Notes: generated by a model from the letters alone, not told the origin. Positions 35,701 to 48,700 are shown, counted from the first letter of the stretch. The stretch: DNA of 64,000 nt from Azolla caroliniana (GCA_043228905.1 JBHGNT010000016.1:4340001-4404000), one strand, 5' to 3'. A program made the numbers and translations.

Positions 35701-38700
35701 CATCTTTGGGCTAGGCCGTGATGTGCTTTGATCACTCAAAGGCTCTTGTGGTCCACTCAGTAGGGTCGTGATCGGACTTTCTTCGATCATGCGCGTAGGG
35801 CGATCTTCATCCTCGATCTCTTGTTCGGCAGATTCTGGGTCGGGCGGAGTCGGAGGCGAAGTTGTCTCTGGTGCGTACTAGGATGCGGACTCGTCAAAAA
35901 CGACGTCTCGACTTACTCGAGATTTTCGAGTTGAGGGGTTGTAGCACCTGTACCCCTTTTGTTCGAGTGAGTATCCTACAAGGATACATTTCTCCGACTT
36001 CGGGTCAAGCTTTTGACGCTTCTCGTCGGGGATGTGCATGTACGCTATCGCGCCGAATATCCGGCTGTGCGATAAGTCCGGCTTCTTTCCGAAGTATTTT
36101 TCGTGCGGAGTGACCTTGTGCAGGCCAGATGTTGTGCACTGGTTCATTAGGTAGACGGCCGTATTTGCAGCTTCGGCCCAATATGACTTGGGCATATGCT
36201 TCTCGTTCATCATGACCCGCGCTACTTCAAGGATGTGCCGATTTTTGGCCTCGGCTACTCCGTTTTGTTGCGGAGTGTGTCAGCAAGTGAATTCTCGCCG
36301 AATTCCTTCCTTTCAGAGATACGTCGTGAAATCGTCCGAGAAGTACTCCTTGCCACCATCCGATCGAAGGCATCGTACATGTCGGCCCGTGGCTTTCTCG
36401 ACTTCATTCTTGAAATTTTGGAAGTGTCCGAACACTTCGCTCTTTTGCCGCATTGGGTAGATCCAAGTGTGCCTAGAGAAGTCGTCGATGAAGAGCACGT
36501 AATATCGGCATCCGCCGAATGTAGCCGTCTGCGCCGGTCCCCATACGTCGAAATGGACTATGTCGAGTAGACCTTTGCTCACGTTCAGCTCTTTCGGGAA
36601 TGGGTGTCGGTGTTGCTTGCCGAATTGGCACGCTTCGCATACACCTTTAATCTCCTTCTCTTTGAATGTCGGGAGTCCACTGACGACTCCTTTCGATTTC
36701 ATTGCTTTGAGTTTGTTGAGATTGATGTGGCCGATTCGCTTGTGCCATAGCTCTATGTCAGAGTCGGCTTTCGTGTTTTTCGCGAACATGGCGGATTTCA
36801 TCTCGCGTGAATCGAGAATGAACATCCGGCCCTCTCTTCGTCTGCGTGCGATGAGTCGGCCCTCTTTTTCGATGAAGCAACCGCCTTGATTAAATCGAAC
36901 TTGCATCCCTTGCTCTACAATTTGGCCGACGGAGACCAAATTCTTCGTAATGGTCGGTACATGCAAGACATTTTTAATGTAATTTTGCTTACCTTCTTTT
37001 CTGAACGGAACATTGCCAATGTGCTGAATCGGGTGCGTAGTGTCGTCTCCAGTTTCGACATAGCCGGGTCAGTTCGGCACTCGAAGTTCTCGGAACCATT
37101 CTTGATGCGATGTCATATGGTTCGAGGCACCGGAATTGACGAACCATACGTCTTGCGGACCGGAGGCACTAGTTGAGGTAGCGGCCGACATAGAGTTTGC
37201 TCTATGTTTCATCATGAACATTCCGCCACAGTCGAAGTTGTGCGCATACATTCCGCCACGATCTTCGTACTCGGAGTTGTGCCCGTACAATTCTCCACGG
37301 TCGGAGTTGTGTGCATACATTCCGCCACGATCTTCATAGTCGGAGTTGTGTGCGTAATTCGTGAGTTGTCGGCTTGTGGAAGCCGATTCACGCATCTTCT
37401 TTCGGCACTCTTCTTCGTGGTGGCCGAGCTTTCCGCAATATCCGCATTCGGTTGCATTTTGACGGCTCGGGCTGGAGTGAAAGCTCCCCCTTCTTGCGAA
37501 GGTTCCTCGTTGGCCTCCGTTTTGCGGCCGAAATTGGGAGTTGTTGTCGTAGGTCGGACCTCGTCCGCCTTGTCCTTGGCCGAATCGGCCTCTCGCTCGT
37601 CCGCGTCCTCTTCCTCCATTAGAGTGCGTGTAGAGCATGTGGCCTTCCGACCCATTGCTCCTTGTACACACGTGGTTTTCTTCGACCAATAGCATTGATT
37701 GGAGCTCGAAGAAGCAGGGAGATTTCTCCCGTGCTAGAACGGCGGTTCGCATCGCGCCGAACCGTGGTGCGAGGCCGCCGAGGCATATTTGCACCATCTC
37801 ATCATCATCTATACTTACACTTATTGAGCCGAGCGAGTCGCAAAGCTCCTTGATCTTCAAGGTGTATGTCGTGATGGACATGTCCCTTTGTTGAATGTTG
37901 TTCAACTCTTGGCGGAGTTGAAGCTTCCTCGCGGTCGTGTTGGCGGCGAAAATCTTCCGTAGATTTTCCCACACTTCCTTCGGCGTCTTGGCTTCTCGAA
38001 TGTAACTGAGCATGTGGTCGTGAACACATGTCGCCAAACAATACATCATGCGGCTTGCGGCTTGCTCCCATGTCGCGTATCCGGGAGCCGCTTCGGCGGG
38101 TCGGTCTTCATGTGCTCCTTTGATGTAGCTCCAATAGCCTTGTCCGACAAGGTATTGGTGCATCTTGTACTCCCAAGATGCGAAGTTGTTTCGATACAAC
38201 TTCTCAGTAGGGAGAGCGCTCCCCATTTGAGTATTCATTATGTCAATTCTTCTTCTTCTTCTTCTCTCTTCCAATGCGAGCTATGTAGCGAAGCTACGAT
38301 AGCTATGAGCCGGTTCTTGGTCATTGGCGTAGAGCACAACACACGATCACGATGAGGCGAATGGGCTAGATCGACCTACCAAATCGCTCTGATACCATGT
38401 AAAGAATCAAGAGATGGATTCTTGTGAAGCGGAAGTGATGTGAGTTATGTGTGTGTGTAAGAGAGAGAGAGAGAGAGTGAGTGAAACACAGAGAATACGC
38501 AAGGTAAAAGTATATTGACAAAGGAGAAAGACTCAACATTATACAAGGTGAGAGGAGGGTGCTTTATGTAGTCACCCTCTCTCTTCATTAACTACAAGCC
38601 TCATGGAGCATGGGGAATGTGAAAGCTCATAAGTTATGTGTCATAGAATATGATTCTATGACTCATACTAAATGCTAGAATACAAAGCGGTGACATAATG

Positions 38701-40125
38701 GTGACTCTTGACCGTTGGAGTGTCTCTTCACTCTCAAGGTGAGTTCACACACTAGACCAAGTTGAGCTTGATTCTCAACAACATTTGTTGTTTAAATTGA
38801 TAAATCAATCCCATTGTAGCACCTTCCCTATCAGCCAAACGAAGAAGCTTTAAAACTGGTTTGCATACCTTCACAATCATCTTTACATCTACCCAAAAGT
38901 TAGCATCCAATACAATTGAAACCATCTCTTCCGCTTTCTTTGTTTTGGCACCATTCCAATTGCACCATTGTTCACTAACCACCATTCTTCTCAAACCACC
39001 ATATACTTTATCACCCAACAAATTTGATAACACAATAAAACTGTAAGAAAACCTAGTCATAGAAGGCTTAAGCAAGTCTTTTCCACTAAACTTGCGAAAC
39101 ATGGCCAAAGCATATTGTTTTCTAGTTATGAAACCACTAATCTTCATAGCTGATCGCAAAATGGCATCAATCCAAGCACATTTGGCTATATCCTGCAACA
39201 ACAAATCAACGCAATGGCAAGTGCATCTAGTGTAAATAATAGATGGCCACTCCTTTTCTATCATATGTCCCGCAACCACACAATTTGCAGCATTATCCAT
39301 ACAAACTTGAACTACATTTGATGGTCCAACTTCAAGAATAGCATCCTTCAAAATTTTAAATATGTATTCGCCCGTCTTGACATGACCACTTGTATCTATC
39401 GATTTCAAAAACATTGTGCCATGTAGTGAAGAAGCTAAAACATTAATAATTGGCCTATTTCTAGTGTCTGACCAACCATCACTAACAATAGTGCATCCAT
39501 ATGTCTTCCAACTCTCTTTCAACATTATAAGATCACACTCAACATTTACAACTTCTCCATTAAGATATTTCTTACGCAATTGATAAGCAGAAGGTGCTTT
39601 AAATGATGGACCTGCTTTTGAAACAGCCATAAGCATATCAGGGAAAAATGAGCTTTCCACTTTCCGATGTGCAATATCTTCTGCATAAAAAAATCTTGCA
39701 ACAACCTCTTCAGCCTGTTTCCTCAATGCCAATTCAAAAGACATTGGGAGTGAACCACTCGCCTCTATTTTTTGCTTTTTAGTAGCCATTTTATTCATTG
39801 AAATGGAACTAGAAATAGAGGCATCTGTAGACATATCTGCATCAGCATTAACACTAGTATTACCATTTACATCGGTTTGTACATTTGAATTCAAGTGATC
39901 GTTTCCATGACCCATTGCATTTCTTAACTGAGTCCTCACAATATCACTTGCTATTGTGCATTTTTCTACTCCTTGTCCTCTTATTCCCAATATATGGACC
40001 CTAATTCGATGAGGGCCACCAACAAAGACATGATTACAATATTTGCATTTCATCAAATGCGTTCCTTTTGCATTCTTTACTTGAATTACAACATGTTCCC
40101 ACCCCAGGCCTTTTTGTCTACCCAT
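32711..40125 (-). pseudogene. hAT-superfamily transposase (BED-type zinc finger, DUF659-like core, C-terminal dimerisation domain), split by copia D
   Basis: Segments 40125-38781 and 33271-32711; CKYC...HI, SDGWSD, CTCHCVDLL, WWETFG...CERNWSTF. Confidence 0.9.
33277..38780 (-). mobile_element. Full-length degenerate Ty1/copia element D
   Basis: 383-bp LTRs 33277-33659 and 38398-38780 (4 differences seen); iMet PBS 38386-38397; PPT; TSD ACATT; gag-pol fragments 33880-38274. Confidence 0.95.
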
Positions 40126-40489
40126 TAGTTCCTAAATTACTGTAAAACATAAATATCAAAATTGTATCACTTCATCTCTGAAATTTCATCTCTGGAATTT
40201 CATCTCTGAAATTTCTGAAATTTCATTTTAGAAATTTAGACCCTAATACCTATTATTAAACCTAATTATACCTGAATGTCGTGAGTCGTTGGTATGCATT
40301 ATGCAGATCGTTCGAGGCTAGGTGGGAGAGGAGAGGAGAGCGTAACGTTATGTGCAGAGGGGGAAAAGGGGGAAAAAGAGGGGAAAAACAAAAAAAATGA
40401 AAAAATGAAAAAAAAAGGGAAAAAAAAACACACGAATTTTTTAATATCATTCGCATTCGTTTTCCAACGTAGGAAAACGAATGATATGG

Positions 40490-41095
40490 TTGACGAACAC
40501 GAATTTTACGTACTATGGTTGTTGGCACTTGTTACCACATACGGCCTGAACCACCTCCTGGCGAACTTCTGCATCGTTTGGTGCTGGTTGTCGAGGCTAC
40601 TATCGTAAACCAGCACCCAATTGCCTTCCTCGATCTTCTTCAACCTCAATCGGTGCGTCTTGTCGAACTGAGCCTTTTCCTCATCCACCCCTCTTTTATC
40701 CTTTCCTTCGCCTGCTCCACATCCTCCGACCGTCTTTCAAGTTGCCGGAACCGTGCCACCAATAGCTCCTCCCAGCTCATCTCATTCTCCTAGTTGACTA
40801 CCATCTACGATGTGATCGCCCTCTCGATCGACATATTTGGCATGTGTCCGTTCACCGAACTGTGTGTAGTACAATCGGCCCATAATGCGTATGGTAGCAG
40901 CCACGGCCAATTTCCGACTCATTTGTCACATGCTCGCACAATGGCCTTTACAATTGGACCGTCACCACATTCGACCTTCTCGTTTGCCTTCGGATTATAT
41001 GCCGTCGTGAGCGAGAGCTTGACCTCTAGTCAGTCAAAGAGCTCCATGGCTTCGTGCGCGTCCAACTCCTCTCAATCAGCCACAATCCTCCCTCC
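40490..41095 (-). pseudogene. Family X integrase fragment
   Basis: KIEEGNWVLVYDSSLDNQH; homologous to ORF 54771..56210. Confidence 0.8.
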
Positions 41096-41176
41096 TCGAC
41101 GAGGAACTTGCACACCACCATGGTCGTTTTGTTTGTTAAGGCCCACCTTTAATTGCTTATTTTGAGATAGTTTCTG

Positions 41177-41309
41177 CCCCCAGGCGGAGTTTTTAACGCG
41201 TTAGCTGGGTCCCCAATCCGCAGACCAAGGACGAACACTCATCGTTTACGGCATGGACTACCAAGGTATCTAATCCTATTTGCCCCCCAAGCTTTCGCAC
41301 CTCAGCGTC
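41177..41309 (-). pseudogene. rrn18: Mitochondrial SSU rRNA fragment (NUMT)
   Basis: Reverse complement of conserved SSU blocks (CCCCAGGCGG, GGACTACC.GGTATCTAATCC) with plant-mitochondrial-type flanks. Confidence 0.8.
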
Positions 41310-41706
41310 CTTTATAGGTATAATCCCAAATAGATTGAACCGTTATTTGCTATATCTAACAGGTATCCGGAAGATAGCAACTCTTCCCCAGACCTATACT
41401 ATCGAATGCTCATATGGGAAAGTGCGCTCTTAGGTCTGGGGCCTTTTGATCCCTGAAAGAAGGTCTCTATATAAAGTGACTTATGGCAGCTCCTACATTC
41501 GAGGCGAGGTTTGGCCTCAGGTGTTAAGTTCGTCAGGAACCATAACCCTTTGTATGCATCTGAGCATAATGGGTTCCGTGAAGGCTAAGGGACTAGACAG
41601 CCCACCTCCTAGCTTCATCTCTTACTAGAGATGCCGCTAAGAGGACCAAATCGAGCAGTCATCAAATCCTATCCCATAAAGATACGTATCTTTACTCACC
41701 TACTTA

Positions 41707-41763
41707 TTAGGATTCTTCTTCTTCGTGGGTCACCTATGGCACGCGGGAAGGGCTCGTGCAGCT
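41707..41763 (+). pseudogene. psbC: Plastid psbC fragment (NUPT)
   Basis: Translates [19 protein letters not shown], the CP43 C-terminal signature. Confidence 0.85.
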
Positions 41764-42118
41764 ACACCCGGGTTTGGTCTAGTATGATCCCTCCTTCACC
41801 CATCAAATGATGAGGGTGATCCCATAGTTCCTGGTCCGTGAATATGCGTTATCTGCTGAACTGGTTGATTGGGCCACCTCGACCGATGAAGCGGTTCATT
41901 CATGCGGAGCCCGCATGAACCCTCTTACTAGGCGCAAACTCATGTTAAATCGGAGCAGTGTAGCGAACAAAAATAGAAATATAGAATGATATTAGTTGGA
42001 CGATAGTAACTATGTATTGTGAATTATCAATAATCTTGATGGAAGCCGATCTGAAGGATCTATCCTTATTCTTGTTACTTCCGATTTTTCTACTTTGCTC
42101 GACTTGCTTTCTGGTGCA

Positions 42119-42151
<33 letters not shown>

Positions 42152-42153
<2 letters not shown>

Positions 42154-44378
42154 TGACACTGGGTATATGCCTCGTAGTATGGCAGTTGGTTTGATTTATT
42201 TAATACCTAAGGGTGAAGGTATATCAGATGATATTAGAAAATGGAGACCAATAACTTTGTTAAATACAATATATAAAGTCTTTGCAAAAACATTGACTTT
42301 GAGAGTGCAACCTTTTTTGCATGATTTGATTCATATCACCCAAACAGGTTTTATTCAGGAAAGAAGTATACTGGATAATTTGTTCTTTTTTTGGGAAGCC
42401 ATTGCCTTGGCTAGGAAGAAAAAAGAGAATTTAGTGATTTTGTTACTTGACTTTGAAAAAGCATATGATCGTGTTGATTGGGAATTCCTTCAGGGTACTC
42501 TTGTAAGATTGGGTTTTCCGGAGAAATGGGTGATAGGAGTGTCTTCTTTGTATAATTCAGCATGCAGTTCTGTTTTGGCTGGAGGGGTTAAAGGTGATGA
42601 GTTTCAAATTTCCCGAAGTGTAAGACAAGGCTGTCCACTTGCACCATATCTATTTCTGTTTTTTGCTGAAGCAATGAGTTTGTTTTTGACTGCTGAAGAT
42701 GTTGGATTAAAAGGAATAGCAATGCCCATTGATGGGACAAATGTGGTTGATGTAGAATTTGCTGATGACACAAGTTTGTATCTGGATTGTCACAATAATA
42801 ATCTGCAGAAAATGTACACAGCAATGCAAACATTTTGTATAGCTGCAGGTGCAGCAATTAATTGGAATAAATCAGTGGGTTTTTGGGTGTCGTCCGATTC
42901 CACAACTCCACAATGGAGTCCTCATCCAGATTTCAGATGGGTTCCCGAGGGCACTTCAGTTAGATATTTGGGATGTCAAGTAGGGTTGAATATTTCTTCA
43001 GAAATTCAGGTTGCTTCTTTGTTATTGAAAATTAGGAAAAAACTTATGTTTTGGAGTAAAGCTAAACTATCATTTGCGGGTAGAGTGATAGTCGTTAATC
43101 ATGTTTTGTTGTCTAGTCTCTGGTATATTATGTCATGTTGGAGTTTTTCGAGATCATGTATGGGACAATTGCAAAGATTGATTCGAAATTATTTGTGGTC
43201 TGGTAATGATGGAAGCCATGCTAGGGCAAAAGTCTCTTGGTCCACAATTGTTAAGCCATTGGATCAAGGAGGATTAGGGATTGTAGATCCATTACAACAA
43301 TCGAAAGCTTTAATGGCAAAATTGGTGATTCGAGGATTATTGCCAGGATCGGAACCTTGGAAACAATTGTTGTTTTATGAATTGCAAAGGTTTTGTCCCA
43401 AGACGGGTGGAGATTGGACGCCTAGTGCTAGATGGGCTTTTATGGAACATAATAAATTGGCTATTGCTACAAATTGGGAAGATAGATTTGCTCGATGTGT
43501 TCTTAAAGCATGGAAAGATATTTCTCGTGATTTAGTTAAGACATTGCCAAAAACAGAATCTGAATTCTGTAGGCAACCGCTGATTTGGAATTCATGGTTG
43601 ACTGACCTAAGAGGACAAATGTTGGGAAAGCGTACTAAATGTGCATGGGCAGAATTAGATCGTGGGCCAGCACAGTCTATAGGTGCATGGATAACTTTTT
43701 TGTCTAAATCTATAGATCAGCAAATGCTATTAATTAGTAATATAAGGGGTGGGAAGATAATGTATTCTGCGATCCAGAATGCCCTTGTTAATGTTCACAT
43801 GCAAATTGGATATACTACACACAAGTGGATGGGTTTATTTACTCCATTGGATGTTTTAATTGGAGTGAAAGCCTATATTGGGGAACAAGAATGCATGACT
43901 TTTGATGTACAGGATGATGGTAGGTTAATCTGTACATCTATGGAACATGATTTGTTTAGTTTTTGTTTACATACAAATACAAACTGATAAACCTCAAATA
44001 TGGCAATTGGTAAGCAGTATTACAATTTGGTATATTTGGAAGGCTCGATGTTTGAAGGTATTTCAAAATATGACTGAAAGACCTGCTCAAATAATCTCCG
44101 GAATTTGGATAGAGATTGTACATAATCTTAGAGGGATTTTGGATGGTATAAAAGGTAATACGCATCAAGCGGAGCTTAGGCGGGTGGAGTTTCATGCCAT
44201 TTGGGACATAGGTATATTTTATAGACGGTATTTTGGTAAGGTGGAGTGGTTCTACTCAACACCAAAGTGCTTATTCAAGCCAATGGTTAGACTTTAGAAA
44301 AATATAGGGGATCGGTATAGCTTGTATGTTTAGCCTTATGGCGGTTTTCTAATACTAATGTAGTATCTTTTTTTTTTG

Positions 44379-44405
<27 letters not shown>
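42152..44405 (+). mobile_element. 5'-truncated L1-like LINE (ORF2 RT and C-terminus, poly-A tail)
   Basis: WRPITLLN, DFEKAYDRV, RQGCPLAP, FADD, YLG motifs; IWYIWKARC C-terminus; A27 tail 44379-44405. Confidence 0.92.
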
Positions 44406-44409
<4 letters not shown>

Positions 44410-44822
44410 CCACAAGTATTAGCAATCGATAGCTTTTTCAATTTTGTCTTTACATTCCCTTTCATTGTGAAATGATGGATGTATAGGTGCAAAAAAAGGA
44501 ATATATATATATATATAATTCTATATTTATTTTTTTTCCTTTTTTCATTTAGATCTTATAAATGATATTTTTTTGTCTCAAACTCTTGTTGATTGGTTAA
44601 TGCCAGAAGTTTAAAGTTAATTTAGACTTTAAACTCGATATCATCAAAGTTTTGCAGATTTTCTAGTATTTGTCCACCCCTAGATTCTGGAATAGCTACA
44701 TGGATCAAATGACATGCCCAAGCTAGAGAATTGACTGTTAGCCAGAACAGCGAAGCCCTTTTCAGCAACTCGGGGAGCTATTATTCAGGAAACTTCTGGA
44801 GATATCCTCGGCGAGGGAAATA

Positions 44823-44850
44823 CTAGATCAATCAGTTTCGGGTCAAATAG
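44823..44850 (-). pseudogene. rrn26: Mitochondrial LSU rRNA micro-fragment
   Basis: Reverse complement reads CTATTTGACCCGAAACTGATTGATCTAG, resembling the conserved GACCCGAAAC...GATCTA block. Confidence 0.55.
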
Positions 44851-44935
44851 AAACATCCTCCTACGTATCAAAGAGCTCAATTCGCTAGAGAGTTGGGTGC
44901 TTATCCCAACTTAAGTGGGAGAGCGGTTGATGGTA

Positions 44936-44970
44936 GAGCCCAGTGCAGCGAAAGCGGCATGTTGGGTTCG
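44936..44970 (+). other. Isolated group II intron domain V fragment (organellar origin)
   Basis: GAGCCCAGTGCAGCGAAAGCGGCATGTTGGGTTCG fits the domain V hairpin consensus with GAAA loop. Confidence 0.6.
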
Positions 44971-44990
44971 TTAAGCAGTTCTAGAATATT

Positions 44991-45023
44991 AAGAGAGCCG
45001 CCGAATACGCTAGCAACATCCAA
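44991..45023 (-). pseudogene. psbA: Plastid psbA micro-fragment
   Basis: LDVASVFGGSL equals D1 LGVAGVFGGSL with two G->A changes. Confidence 0.6.
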
Positions 45024-45177
45024 TGTCTAAGAATTTAGAATTAGATGATAGCTTTAAAGGTATATTTAAATATCGTGAATGCGAGATGCCAACGAAACGA
45101 TCAGTCGGACGTGTTGGGCAGCGCCGATCCTTTCGACATCGATATGGATAGAGGAGGAGTCAGAGAACATTCCCCCA

Positions 45178-45234
45178 GAAGCCGGTGCTCTGGAATATCT
45201 CATTATTGTTGTAGTCACGGCTTCGGATTCTGCA
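45178..45234 (+). pseudogene. atp1: ATP synthase alpha (mitochondrial type) micro-fragment
   Basis: EAGALEYLIIVVVTASDSA resembles EANALEYSILVAATASDPA. Confidence 0.65.
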
Positions 45235-45343
45235 TTTATATGGAAGAGAAATCGAAACACTTTGTGTTATTTTCGAATCGTTGACATAGTTCACAAATTT
45301 CAAAACTTCCAGTTATCTGATAGATACCTAATATACCCAGTAA

Positions 45344-45417
45344 CAACCGAAATTCCACTCCCCTCTGTCCCACTCGAGTAAATTGGTTTTGAAAGCATTC
45401 CGCCAGTTGAGTTGGCG
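45344..45417 (-). pseudogene. rrn18: Second mitochondrial SSU rRNA fragment
   Basis: AAATTCCACTC.CCTCTGTC.CACTC.AGT.AATTGGTTT..AGCATTCCGCC matches plant mitochondrial 18S as recalled. Confidence 0.65.
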
Positions 45418-45589
45418 CCTGCACCTTCGCTACTCCTCCAGTGACTCTTCCGGCGCGTCGCAACTCGTGAGTGAAAAACGTGAATCGCTCCTGCAAGTCT
45501 TCTATTACAATGTTTTGATACAAGTGAATGGGAACAAATGTGTGTGGATATTGCGGATGTATATGCATAAACTAAGTTTCTTTGACGTA

Positions 45590-45643
45590 GTCTTAGTTCG
45601 GATTGCAGGATGCAACTCGCCTGCATGAAGCCGGAATCGCTAG
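45590..45643 (+). pseudogene. rrn16: Plastid 16S rRNA fragment
   Basis: GTTCGGATTGCAGG.TGCAACTCGCCTGCATGAAGCCGGAATCGCTAG. Confidence 0.85.
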
Positions 45644-45721
45644 GAATCCTAATAAAATACAACTTGTTAGGATTAAACGAAAGTAGATGGTAAGGAACAC
45701 CCATCAATTTTTCATTCACGT

Positions 45722-48700
45722 TGTCGTGGAGAAAACCGTCCCTAGGCGGAATCGAAGAATATCGGGAGAATCGGTGGTGTGCACCATGTGCACTTACCCT
45801 TGTAAAAACATGTGAATAATAGGAGTTAACTCGGGACAGAGGATCCCATGTATAAGGGATTTATCCCACATTGTAAAGCATCTCCCTCCTTGTTCTATAA
45901 AAGCAAGGGAGCGCGTCTTGTGAAAGGGTTGCCCATTTTGAGTCGTAAGCGTATACCATTTTGTGCTTCTTTTCTAGGGTTAGTGACATTCTTTCCTTCT
46001 TCTCCTTCTTCTCCTTCTCGAGAACTCAGGCGGCAACTATGGCGGGAAAGATGTTAGGTTAACTCCTCTTCTTCTGAGCGTACCCGGCTCGCGTCCGGGG
46101 TTGTATCTCTCCCTGTTGTAGGTTTGCTTCTGCTTGGCCTCCTGTTCAAGACCCCGCTCGGCGCAACGAGCCCGAGAGCTCCCCGACGGCGGCTTGGCGG
46201 CAGACTGCTGTTGTAGCGTAACCTACCTTGGTCCAGCTCGAAGCCGGGGATGTATTCTTTCCCTTGTAATATACATATTTGCGTCTGTTTGTGCATATCG
46301 GTGTATTTGGTGGTGTCAGAAGCACAACCCCTTGCTTCCCGTGCATAAGAGTCGGTGTCGCGCGCACGCTCTCCCTCTCCTTTGTCTCTCTCTCTCGCGC
46401 GTGTTCGGTTGCCTTCGGAGCGCGTCCGGAGTCGGTTTCTCGGCACCCCCTTTTGTCCCTAGTCCGAGACCCCTGTGGTCCCACCCTTCTCCACGCACAC
46501 GCGTAACAACGCGACATCTTTGTTGAACCCGACGTGAAGGGCGGCAAGGGAGGATGGAGTTGGAAGAAGAAGATTTCGTGCAACTTTTTGTCGAAGCGGT
46601 GAGGGAGTTTGGACGAGCAACAGCAAGAAGAGAGACGGTGCAGCAAGATGTCGAATGCGTGGTCGAAAGAGTTAGCTGGTTCAACGCGGACAAAGTCCCA
46701 TTCTACTTGGAAGCCTACAACGCAGAGATGGAGGAGCGAGACGTAGACGAGGAGTTGAGGCTGGAGTTCTTCTGTTGGGTCGTCGTCGTCCGCATGCACG
46801 CGGAAGTGAAGGAGCTCCAAGAATCTCATAGTTCGTGGGAGGCCTTTGAAGAGGCGCTCCTGCAGGCATATGGAGGACAGCGAAAGAGCCGGGGACGACG
46901 CGACTTCGACCAGTGGGTTGCATCGGCGAAGACCCACTAGGGCGCAATGAAGGCGTTCCAAGAGTTCGAGCGACGGCTTGCTCAGCTCTCGGAGTGGGAA
47001 CAAGGTTTGGTGGGGGCAGACAAAGTCCTGTTATTCGTCAAGTCGATCAACCGAGCAGAACGGGAGGCCATCGGGCTTGAGCTCGAAGACGAGGATGGAG
47101 TGAATGGCCTTATAGAGGACTAGTCGAAGGTCGGAAGGGTATGCCAACGACTAGACGACGAGCGAGCCGAGAAGGCTAAGAGGAAGGCGCACAACGGCAT
47201 GCCATCACAGCGGGAAGAGGCCAAACGGCAAAGAGAGTCGGCAAGGGTCAGCGTCGGGGCCAGGATTGCAGAGGCGTACGCAGCTCTCGAGGCAATGCTC
47301 GAGGAAGAGGAAAGATCGAAACCGCGAGCCGACACTGAGGAGACGGACTTGCCCCACAAGATGGCAGAAGATTGGTACGACGGTACCACAAGAGAGGGTG
47401 CGGAACAAAACGCCCTCTCGACTTACGGAGCTAGAATGGCCGAGGACGAGGCTGAGATACCGATCGTAGAATCGGAACGTTGGGACCGGTGGTTTCGGGC
47501 ACGTCATCCCGAAACCCCGGACATTGGAAAAGCAAGCCCAGGCAGGGCTTGCGCGATCGGTAAGGAGTCAACCACCGACCACAAGGAGCCGGTGGCTACG
47601 GATAAGGGCGTAAATAGGACGGACGATTCTACGCGTCTTCCCACACTTGCTCCCGAGACGATGGCAGTCGAGCCCGAGTGCCCACGTGAGTCCCAAGAGG
47701 AGGAAGGCAGTGGCGAGAAACCGAGAATCCCCGACGAGACGATACGGGGAAGGAGCGGACAAGAGCCCTCGGAACCGATTCCGGAGAACTCGACATTCGG
47801 GCCCTTACGCCCATGTGAGACCGACAGTATCGAGGAGTCTTGGCACGATGCCAGCGAAGTTGGATGGATAATGACTCACAAGAAGGTCGACGAAGAGACC
47901 ATGAAACAATCTGACCGGGGACCGACCCGGGCGGCACTCCGATTCGGGTGGGGCGCGATCCGATCGCGGATTATTCGACAGGGGCCAGAATCGGCATGAA
48001 GGTGCTGATATGGAAGAGGGTGCGGAATGAGCCGCCCTCTTTTACATGGGGAGAAAGACCGGCCGGGCGAAGGTTGGGAATCGGGAAGAAGGTGATCAAG
48101 GGTTCGGAACGAGTCCGGCAAGGTTGGCATCAAAGCCGACACCCCGGACATTGGAGAATCAAGCCCAGGCGAGGCTTGATTGATCATAGAGCGGGTGCTT
48201 TCCACCGACACCACTAAAAGGGTCGGTGGCCCGAACGAGTCGCTGAAAGATGTTGCGAAATCGGTTACCCCACATCCTGTTCGGAGACTTCGGTAGTTTG
48301 GCCGACGTGGCAACATGAGACCAAAAGAGATCGAAGATGGAGGCGAGAACGCAGCAAGGAGGGCGACGACGAGTTCGGGAGAAGTACAGAGGATGAAGAG
48401 GAGAACGAAGACTGGTCCTACGGAGTTCCTTACAACCAATCCGGCTGTCGGCCCGAGTGCTGGCGTGAGTCCTATAGGAAGGGACGGTGGCGATAGGAGA
48501 ACGGGACCCGGCAATCCAGAGAATGACGGACGGACCCAAACGAGAGCCAGGCGGAGCGGACTTCCGGATAACCATTCCGGGAGGGAGGAAGAGAGCAGGC
48601 CTACGAAGAGGCCGGGAACACGGTTCATCGGTACCACGGGAAAGGGTGTGGAGCAAGCCACCCTCTCGACTTGCGAAAGAAGGAAGACCCTGGATAAGGG

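Noticed and set aside
42095-42151. Poly-Lys N-terminus of the 630-aa ORF
   Set aside because: Read-through of the flanking A31 tract; LINE homology starts at about 42152
41177-45643. Functional rRNA genes or bacterial contamination
   Set aside because: Only short, mutated, mixed-orientation pieces interleaved with plastid and mitochondrial coding fragments
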